Translations under genes and position numbers: made by a program | The notes under the pieces: model-generated | What the model was told of the DNA's origin: nothing | What the model saw: the letters and a program-made list of their open reading frames with translations, nothing else | The model's database searches: none | DNA from: Phallusia mammillata | Taxonomy: Eukaryota | DNA length: 64,000 nt | Assembly (NCBI GenBank): GCA_965637545.1 | Contig: OZ281498.1 | Coordinates: forward strand, 11,346,001 to 11,410,000 | Direction: 5' to 3' | In this document: piece by piece, positions 12,414-23,100 of the stretch | Layout: the number at the start of each line of letters is the position of its first letter | Position numbering within the stretch: position 1 is the first letter of the stretch

Positions 12414-12833
12414 ATTTAGGGTTTGTGATACTATTTTTTATGTTTCCTATTTAATTACTTCGTCTCAGGCTTAAAGTCACGATTTTTTTGCAACCAAGAA
12501 AGGTCCATCAATTTTCTATTTATTTTCTGTCACAAGGCATGCACTATGCATGCAATTGATGTTTTTAAAAAACAAAACAGGTTCGTTCTATCAACACTCT
12601 GATTTAAATCATAATACAGACTAAAATCATCCACAGCAAAACGTTTAAGGGAAAAAGTTCACATGTCACCATGACAAGAAATTAAGTGCACATGAACAAG
12701 CTACAAAACACTAATTTGCATAAATGTTCAACTACAACAGGAAATTCCTGATCTCATCAAAACCTTTCCCATAAAAAGAATAACTTGGGCTATACACTGC
12801 ATCAACAAAAACAATTTTTGGGCTTCACATATG

Positions 12834-15800
12834 TTAAGGATGTTTGGGTTTGCCATTGGAAACGTTTTTCTCGTTTAAACTTGATTCCAAAAGAATTTTA
12901 ATGTCATCAACAGCTTGTTGAAGTCCAGCAGCAAATTTTTGGGATCCAGTGTCTGGGCAACTTTTGAAACTTGTAATGAGGCATGACACTGCAACATAGT
13001 ATTAAATTTATTCAGACAGTGATTATTCAAATTGCCACCATCTACATATTTAGTACAATAAATAAACAGGCCAGTATTTAAGCTTGTCCCCAGTACTTGG
13101 AACTAAGCACCTCATTACATGCTTTCATAGGTTAAAAAAAATGTCAGTTCATTAGGTAAATATATGTCTCAAATAGACATGTTTAAAGATTGCTTGGTGG
13201 TCAGGGTGGAGTAACAGTCTTATTAGTGGAGTTCAAGCCAAGTCTCATCCGATTTGATTGGCAATACAAGTCAAGTCGGAATTAGTTTAAGACTCGCTGT
13301 TAACTTTTATTTTCTGAATTAGGAAAATCACAGTACGCCAGGCCCATTGAAGGCGCTATACCGAATCAGCCGGTCACCAAGCATTCACCACCATATGGCA
13401 AGGCGTAGGCCAGAAAAATCTAGCCTGCGGTGGGATTCGAACCCACGACAGGAGTCTTTCCGGGACTCGCGCTCTACCAACTGAGCTACACAGGCTCAGT
13501 GGAGAATCCGCCGAAAGTCGAATCACAAGCACCGTTGCCTGCCTCGTATGCTGCACATGTCAGCTTCGTAGTAGGGGATCGCCAGATTGACCAGTATCAG
13601 TTAAGATGAACATAAATTCATAACTGGGATCAGCTCTGAAGCGTCTATGCAGACCAGCGATCACGGCACACTCATATATAAATCACAGTATGCCAGGCCC
13701 ATTGAAGCTATACCGAATTAGGAAAAAGTTTTTATGAAACTCCAACATTGTTAACAGTGGTGCATTGCAAAATATAAAATTCTTAGCGATATGATGCATG
13801 AGGTGATTATTAAGACACAAGTTTTCTTCTATTGTTAGTGCTTGTGTACAGTACTTAAAAAAAGCCCAAGCAAATAATTCAGTACAAAAAATAAACTTAT
13901 GCTGTTTCTAAAAATGTATGACACAGGTAAAGAACTTTTGAGCATTACCACTGACATCATCCATGAAATAAGCCACCCCATATCCGTCCTGACGTTGTGG
14001 TCCAAAACCACCACCAACTGGGTCATATGGAGTGATTTTTCCAATGACAGAATCATAGCGAAGAGGAGATTGTGATGTTGATAATTCATCAGCCTCATAA
14101 AATGGCTAAATATACAAGAAAAACATTTAGGGTTATATAGTCATAGAAAGTAAGCTCTGAGTGAATCTTTTGTCCTCCCATTTTAAGTAAATCTGTGATT
14201 GAAAGAGAGTTTCCAATAGCATTTAATAAGATTAAATTAATTTTCAAAAAAAGCCTCGGAGCATTAAAAATCTATTGTACCATTGGCAAGCTGTTTTAAC
14301 ACAACACACTTCTACAATATTTAAAATCTTACCCTCATGGTAAATAGTTTTGGAACAGATCCAGATAGTTTACCAGCAATGTACAGCCCAAGCAAATGTC
14401 TGTCAACTGCCCTGCCATTCATAGCATCAAACTTGTATTGAGTTTGATGAATGATTGCTTTTTTAAGATGGTCCACCTTTTTAGCAACTGATACATTTGG
14501 ATCATCAAATGCCTGGAGAAGATTTAGGTGGGTTACAATTAAGTCTTATGTAACAAATTGTTTGCTGTACCTTTGTAAACGCCACAGAATGTTCAGATAC
14601 AGGTCGAATAGTTTCTGTTCGAGCATTCTTGAATAGCCTGCAAAGTTAAAAGTAATTCTAAACTTCCAAACATAAGTTAAATTGCTTAACCACAAAAACA
14701 CATCCACACAGCCAAACTTTAACTCCTCCTGTATGTTTTAGTTTAAGAAAAAAACCATTTTTCTGAGAATATAACCTTTAGCTTTAGTCAGACTATTTGT
14801 GCCAGAAGCCTATTTAAAACTCCTATATATATTTATTTTTAATTGCCCCCTAGTTTGTAAAACCCTTGGTTGTTTCTTCAGGCGCCAACTCATGGAAAAA
14901 ACAATTTAAAGCAAGTACATAACAAACACAAGTGCCAGTTATAATGACTGTATCTACCAGCCATAAAAGTTTTAACCAAATCCATTTTTCAAACCCAAAA
15001 ACATGGTGAAATTAAGATGTGTCCTGATTAGTGAAGTGGACCCATATTCATGCTTAACTGTTTTTTACAAAAAGTCAAAGTTTGCTTGGGTCATCTTTGG
15101 ACAACTACTTTGGAAGCAAGAAGCAACATTTCTTGATCGAACATGTGGACCAAACCGTGATTGACAGAAAATTAAACACGAGGAAACCCAATGTTTTTTA
15201 GTCGAATTGTAAGTAAAATTCATCCAAACCTTGTAGCAGCTGTTTCATAGGTTTTGGGAGTTTTTTTGTGTAATCTGTAAAATGTGAGTTGTAAAGCCAT
15301 TTGCATGTAGCCATCAGGACTGACTCGTAATTTTTTTATGAAACCCTTTCCCTTGTCCACAAAGTATACAATTGCATCCACATCATCAGCCTAAAATCAG
15401 TATAAAAGAATGGTTGACCAATGTGAGGAATTGGTTGTATTTTGATTTGGACACCAACACTAATAAAGTATCTTCCAATAAATTTGTTTATATTCTCGTA
15501 GCCAGTGTTTGCAGCCCCTTTGGTCATAAAAGTGTGAAGTCATAAAGGGGCAGAAATTAGAAAAAAAGGAACTTATGCCTTAATAAAGGCGAATATGCCT
15601 TAATAAAAGATCAAAAATTCGAAGAGAGACAGTAGATAAATTGTTTAAACCTTACTCATAATTAAAAAAACTGAGTAAAGCAAACTTAAGGGTAACCGCA
15701 CCAGTTTATCCCAATCAGATTTCATATCAGCAATATCATCTTCAAAATCATTAAGTTCCCATTGCAGTCGCTGGGGAACAGGTATTACAGTGTGTTGGGG

Positions 15801-18800
15801 TATGTTCCGGTGGGTTGCATTGCCAGAAGAATCATACTGTGCATGATAGAGTCCATACTCCCACATTCTACCAGACAGCTACAAAATTAAGATTGGATGA
15901 TTCTCTCAAAATAAAACCACATCAAAATTGAGCCAACAGTTACTTACAGTGGCTTCTGCAGATGTGTGTTCAACATTGTAGCCCATAGCACCATTTTCTT
16001 CAGTAACAAATGTCATTGATTTGTCAAACCAGCGATCAAATCCGTTTCCAGTTAGGTATGTTTTAAATTCCTCACTTTGGCTCTGTTAGGGAATAAAAGA
16101 CAGTATGTTTTTCAAAAAACAGAATTTTGAGAAGTTTTAATAAACCCACAGTAATGCATCAGTGCTTGTGCTTGCACACATTTTACGTGATTTGCTGTTC
16201 AATCCAAAACTAGGCTTCACTCTAACAACAAAAAATTACACAAACTAGTGTCTAACCAAGTATAAGAGCAATTCAATGCTTCTTTTCGTCCAGGGCAAGT
16301 TTTTAGCCTGTGATTTGCAAAAACGTGCATTTTGTAATAACAGATGCTGGACACCATTAAAACAGGATGGTTACTTCCTGTAAATAGCATGTAACTAAAA
16401 GTAAACATACTATACATTTTACAAACAGCCATGTTTTATGTAGACCAGACATTCTTTAATAAATGGACAGCTTTTACGTGACTAGTTGGTGAAAAACAAC
16501 ATTTTAAAGTCTAAAGGGCTCATAAAACTATGGAATAGAATAACTCATGCAAGAGTTGGTAACCTTTTAAACATTATGAGCAAATTTACATTTTTAATAT
16601 GGTGATGACTTTGTGTGTCAACATTTGTGTGTAATAGTGGTTTGTGCCAGTTGTGACCATTAATCAGAAAATAGGCACATTAATAATTTTAAGTTGCATT
16701 TTTGGTCCTGCTCAATCAAAACTAACCGAAATCTATGTAAAAGGTTTATTTCTATTTAACTTAACTGATTCTATTTATTTTGTTATGAATGGTGGTTAAC
16801 TAAAAACCCAAAATTATTCATATTGAGACATACATACCTGAGGCCGCCCATCACCTAATGCAAGACATACAACAGCACTTTCAACAACTTCAAGACTCTC
16901 TGCATTAATTTTGTTTTTTAGCAGCTCTTTGCGAATCTAAAGTGTAAGTTTTACTTGCATAAGTTAATTGTATTCAAAAGATCTTTCATATACAAAGATT
17001 GATACTTTGAAACAGTGGACATAATTGAAACAAAACTGTAAACATATATACACAAATATAAACAAACATATATATATACAATATACATATATTAAATTTT
17101 AGTGCTTCTTCTACTACATGTTATGTAATAATTAACAAAATACACTGTTTACAAAGAAATACATTTATTGGATATATATATATATGTTTATTGACTAATT
17201 TTTATTGGGTCCCCATATTCATTTACAACATGTTTGTTTAGGCAACTTGATTAAGAAAGACATATTAATGAAAATGAATTTACCAAAATTTACCCAAACA
17301 TTGTTTGCATTGCCCAGAAACAAAATCTTTATATTTTTATGTATGTCGCCCTGTTATAGGGTATTATGAACGTATTTGTTTACCTGAGCCCACCTTGGTC
17401 TGGTGGTGGATGTAAAAATACTGGGGTTCAATATGTCTTTGTCAGACTTAGTTTCAACATCTTTTGCATCCTTCATCAGTAACTCAAGTTGAGTTTGAAT
17501 TTCTCGTGGTGTCAATATTGTTTCTTTACCATTTACATCAGTTGCAAAGAGATCAAGTCTGTACATCGATTTTTTTCTGCAGAAAAAACAGCCATTTTAC
17601 ATTCTGTAGCATGAATAATATGTTTTTTAGGTTAATTTGTTGCTTAACAATGTTGCCAGTATAAAAGTAATGAATTTAATCCTGATTAAGCTGTATCACA
17701 TTCAAAATAATACATGTACCTGAATACCACAATGTGCCGGGAATCTGGGTAAGTCTTAAGCTCATCAATTGCTTCACCAGGTATTCGAGTTGTTGAACAA
17801 ATATACTTGTATCGATCACAGGAAATAGGAACCATGTTTTGTATCATCATGTTAGACAACTATAAAGGGTAATTATTGCAATTTTTCACGACAGAAATGC
17901 AAAAAGTGATATAATTGTTGACTTACATTTCCATCCTTAATCTTTTGACTGTATTCCATGAAGCCAAACATGATGTTAGCTGCAGAGGGGACTTGCTTGT
18001 TTGTCGGATCATTATGATTGAAATTCTTTTCACCATTGCAACTAAAGTTGGAATGCACTAAATCAAGGATGGACACAATGTTAAATCACAAATGTGCAAA
18101 GTGCTAAACATTTCTAAACATAAAATTGCATTGTTTTAAATTCTACATGAATTTTACCTGGTAGTGGACCGCGTCCTGCTAGATAAACATATTTGTCCCA
18201 CAGCTCACTCATCCAGTTCTCCTCTGTTTCATATCTAAAATCAGTTTAAGACAACCCTTTAAATAGCCATGCAACAATAAAAAAGCAATAGTACCTCTGT
18301 TCAAGTATTTTTTGAAGCTTTGGTCCTTCATTCTTCTGAAAATCCCTTAGTACTTTTACAACTGACAAATATTCTTCATCCGTCAGAAGAGGTTTAATCA
18401 TTTTTAAGGTTCTACACACAAAACACTTAATATTTTACAAACATATTATACAAAAAGAAACAAAGGAAACATGAAAGTACATTTGCAAACTAATAAGCTA
18501 TATATATGCGAAACAACATAAAAAAAAACAGAAACAGTTTGCCTATATAATCATTAATATATTAAACTTTTGCATGGGAAATTTACCCTTTGCTTAAAAC
18601 GAAATAGGAGTTGCACAAAGTAGATTTAATACCGTACCTTTCACATGTGTCCTCAAGCTTGGGCAAGGGGTATTTTGGAAGGTAGTCTTGGAATGAATAC
18701 AACATATTTTTCTTGGGAACAAGAGAAGAAAGCAAGAAACCCCAAGCCTACAATAATCCAACAAAATTACACATATATATTAGTTGTTACTTTTTTTTGT

Positions 18801-19259
18801 TTAGTGCTTGTCAAATATATAAAATTGCAAAGGAATGCAAAACAAAAACACTTGACAACAAAACCCACTCATAAGCTATAACACACCTTTGTCTTCCAGC
18901 TTCGGTGATTGTACAACCAATCTCTGTAAAAATTAAAAACTAAGTTGTTTGATTACTATCACTAAAAAACTTTCATGTGAAACTATTGGGCAAGCTTGAA
19001 ACTGGGGCAAAGGCAAAACATTGTACCTGTAAGTTAACAGTTTGCGAATAATTTCCCATCTTAGCCATTCTGCAATTCCAAATCCAGCAGTTCCGACTAT
19101 AAACGCCACAATAATAAGACAATAATTTTCGTCTATTGGCAGAACTTCTACGACGTTTTTGGGAACACAACAAAGCAGCGAACTTGAGAATATACCAACC
19201 ACGGCAGCAACGGTTGCCCCAGTTATTCCAGCAAACAAATATTTACTCATTCCAGCCAT
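12834..19259 (-). CDS. CPT1: CPT1-like carnitine acyltransferase with two N-terminal TM helices
   Basis: About 16 GT-AG exons; two hydrophobic segments, then MLYSFQDYLPKYPLPKLEDTC, NWMSELWDKYVYLAGRGPL, STTRIPGE, DRWFDKS, catalytic EHTSAE, GKGFIKK..SPDG, TYETAATRLF..RTETIR, LSTSQ, GGGFGP..DGYGVAY; stop at 12834-12836. Confidence 0.9.
13328..13714. mobile_element. tRNA-containing retroposon-like element with terminal direct repeats, in last CPT1 intron
   Basis: 12-bp TSD GAATTAGGAAAA (13316-13327, 13715-13726); ~40-bp direct repeats at 13325-13366 and 13680-13718; internal tRNA-like unit. Confidence 0.8.
13422..13495 (-). tRNA. tRNA-like cloverleaf (anticodon position GGA, atypical; probably element-borne, not a translational tRNA)
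   Basis: GCCTGTG-TA-GCTC AGTTGGTA GAGC-GC-GAGTC CCGGAAA GACTC-CTGTC-GTGGG TTCGAAT CCCAC-CGCAGGC-T; all four stems pair; A and B boxes intact; T5 terminator at 13418-13414. Confidence 0.65.
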
Positions 19260-20154
19260 TTGTAGCAAAATCAGACACCTCAGTTAAAATCAACAACAAA
19301 CACAACTAGAGTCAAAATTCAAAACTTTATGTGTAAGTTAGTTTAACGCTAACATACTTAATCATACCAATACCAACAAAACGCCCTTTAGGTGCAAGTC
19401 GATTTTTAAATTTCACCGAGGCGTCACCCAACCAACCCAAACTAATTCGCCGGCCGCCGGACTGTTTCCTACATCGGGTCCAAAGGTCACTCGCTAGATC
19501 AACGGAAAAAAATGAGATTCGAAATGAGGTTGTGCAGATTGACCCTGAAATCGGATACGGATCCTAGCCTACCTACTGTATAGCCTACGATAGTAACAAA
19601 ATTTTGCAGATCTGAACACACAGCCCAAATTCCCGTTGGCTTTGGACACAGGTCTTTGCGTTTTATTGTAGGTTTCACAGCCATAAAGCAAGGGCAGTAC
19701 ACGAAAAGCACGACGCAATAAGCCACTTACAAACGATGTATGCATTTTACGTAAATGTTGTATCGTATCCAAGCAGGTTTAAAAAAGCCAGAAGTACCAA
19801 CCACTCCAAGTCCAAAGTTCGAGGACCTGCAAACATAGGGTGTGAATAGGGGATGGGCGTTACCGCAAACTTTGCCAGTCTGTTGACACACAAAGCCACT
19901 TTGGTTCGAAGGACAAATTCTTTCGTAGTAGACTATGTTTAGATAACCTGATCATAGGCTACGTAGGCTTATGGTGCTTTCATGACCCAAACACCAGTAT
20001 TGAGTGTTTATTCATCGTGCATAGTTTCCAATACTCCAGCCACATAGCACGGTAATTTTGCTGAGTAGCCTAAGCATACCCCAAACGTGGTAAGCATCCC
20101 AGTGATGTTGATTCAAGTTCTTTGCGACTCCGACATAAGGTCAAAAAACGACCT

Positions 20155-23100
20155 TCATCTGTAATGTCTGTGTTTGCTTTTACCACTAAGTAAACCGGGT
20201 GTGGAAGTGAAGGCAGCTCCAATTGGTCGCATTTTCAACGGATCTGCTGTTCTATGCGACATATGGAGGTTGATGCGCCGGGAAAGATCATGCGGTGACA
20301 CGTTTGCGTTGTGTTTAACATCAAGGGGGAAAAATTCATCCATCTTAAACGAATCAGTTCTTTCTTGGTAAACAAGTTTAGTTTGAGTTCTATGCGAATT
20401 CGTCGCTAAACCGGAGTTTCCGTTTATATCCATGTGCTGGGCTTTGCGGTTGCTCGTTTTATTTGATTCCTTGCCTATTTTTTCCGTGCGAGAACCCTTT
20501 CTATCAGGACCCTGCACACAGATAAACAGGAAAAACTTAATTATTTCGATTCTAAACCCCTACAATTATTACTGTGACTTAACATTGTCATATGCAATGC
20601 AAGAAATACGCCCCAGGCATTGCAAAAGTTGCAAAAGAATTTCGAGTGTTCTGTGGGCGGAAATATCGCCTGCTACGCCGGCGGCCAAAAACCGTCATGT
20701 ATTTTGGACAGTCAGCAAATAACTAGTTTAGAGTTATTTACTATCCGAGAGAGAAATATATTACTACCGACATAAAAGTTTGCACGAAAAAATAAATAAA
20801 ACATGCGTCACCTTGACTATGTTCACGGTTTATTAATATGTAACTACAGTTTTGTCTACCTGTTTGGGTGTACTTGGCGGCACACCTAGTGTATTGTTTC
20901 TCAGGGACTTGAGGAGCAATCTCCAGACGATACCTGCTCCACCAAACATTACACCTGATACTGCCCAAAACGCAAGGGGATTCTGCCAAACATGACAATT
21001 ATCATTAATTTTTTAGTTTTATAGTTGAAAACTTCTAAGGTGACTTTTATTCGTACGCTTTTGTCAGTATAAATATTCAATTCTACGATTTATCATATAG
21101 TCTACATTATGTGACATACTGCTTTGGAACACTATATACGGATCTGTTCATAAGTTTAATGGTGAAAATAACGGCCCAAATAGACGTAAAAAACGACATG
21201 CTTTATTATTCAAACGTTTCGGCAAATGTTCATGCCATCATCAGTGATATGAAGGCCACATCAGTTACACTCGTTTATATACACTTGAGTCGCAAGAAGG
21301 AATGATAAAAAGGTGCGAAACAAGCGTCGCATCAAAAACGATGAGTATTTGCCGAAACGTTTGAATAATAAAGCATGTCGTTTTTTACGTCTATTGGGGC
21401 CTTTATTTTCACCATTAAACATACTGCTTGTTTTTGAATTTGTTAATATACAACTCTGTTAATATACAAAAGCACTCAATGCTGAATAGAGCAGCAAAGT
21501 AGAAGGAACAACTACAAATGTAGCGTTGCACGCGTGGTCGTTGGAACAATCCAGGGTTGGACGGAAGAAAAAGAAAACAAATATGCACGAGTATAACCTA
21601 ATATGTTTACAATGCAATCAAACATCAGGTTTATTTAAAAACGGAGTAAATACAACTAAAGCAAAAGGGAAAAATGTTAAATCCTAAATATAGCTCAAAA
21701 CGGTAAAATATAGTTCTACCCGTTAACAACATAGTTAGAAAGGTGTCTTAAGAGAACTGCAAAAAAGTTATTCACCTCTTCCCACGATGAGTCAAGATTC
21801 ATTCCAAACGCCATTCCAAGCATTCCAAATATGGTACAAGAAAACATACCCATCGTTAACTGAAGGTCGAGACGCAGAAGCAAGTTGCGGTGACTACAAA
21901 ACAACCGGAATCAAAAATGAAAACGCATCATTAAACACTGGTACCTGTCGAGGTTGATTAAAATGGCAGTATTTGAATTTTCGATTGCTTCTTTCAACTC
22001 AACAACCTTGTTGGAAATTTCTTCCGCCTGTTGAAGTAAATGTATTTCATAGCACATCTGGTAACATAAACATCATGAAAAGAAACCACAACAACAACGT
22101 CATGTAACCCGGGTTTACAAAGTTTGCAACAGATTAACAAAAATTTAGAAAAAATTTCAACAATCTTGTGAAGATTAACATGCAATTTTGTTGACACTTT
22201 TTATTTAAAATCCACGTACGTCACGGAGAAACGAATCAATTAACGTTTCCATTTCGTCTTGTAAGTTGATCTTGTATTTTGGATCAATACGTCGAGGTAA
22301 CGACATCCCGGATTGATTGTTGTTGTTAATTCCATCTGAATTGGAATTGTCCGAAGTGGGCCCACTTTCGTAAGGGTTAAAAATAAACGCGTCGTACATA
22401 GATCTAAAAATATATTTTTGTACGTGCAACGAAAAGAGATGTACCGGTAGTGTCTTTTGTTTGGCAAAACAAAAACCTATGCTTTGCATTAGGAAATGAT
22501 TTTCAACAAATTTGCAAAAATGGTTAAAGCGTGGAAAGTTACTGTTTTTTACCATCTAAGTCGGTGGTTATGGTTCCAACGCTTTTTGTGGTAACAACCT
22601 CTTTTAATAGATTTTTAATTTTATAAGAATAATTGACGAAGCAACAGCGCTTCCTAACCAGAATCAGTCAACAAATGTTATTTAACGATATATATTTCAC
22701 CCGTAAGGGCATCATCAGTCGTCTTATTCAAATTGATTCTATTTGAATAAGACGACTGATGATGCCCTTACGGGTGAAATATATATCGTTAAATAACATT
22801 TGTTGACTGATTCTGGTTAGGAAGCGCTGTTGCTTCGTCAATTATTCTTACAGATAATTCACTATTTAATCAGTGATCGTCGACAGAAGATGCCTACTAT
22901 TTACGGGAAAGATCCTGTAATAAACACTAAATGCCATTTTTAATTTTATATGAGGATTTTTCCAGCTAATCTTCTGTGATTGTAAATATTGCAACAATAC
23001 AAAAATAGCGGTGGTACTAAACACCGCATGCTACCGCATGATAGCGCGTTCTACCGCATGTGACCGCATGGTATACCGCATGTTATCACACAACAGGAAG

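Larger units (their letters stand above)
22626..22935 (+). mobile_element. Penelope-like pseudo-LTR insertion forming a perfect 110-bp palindrome plus 85-nt tail, in an MRS2 intron
   Basis: Arms 22624-22733 and 22741-22850 are exact reverse complements with a 7-nt spacer; tail 22851-22935; 15-bp TSD ATTTTTAATTTTATA at 22611-22625 and 22936-22950. Confidence 0.85.

Noticed and set aside
13422-13495. Bona fide tRNA-Ser(GGA) gene
   Set aside because: No U33, no long variable arm, GGA anticodon is not normally used in eukaryotes, and it lies inside a TSD-flanked insert
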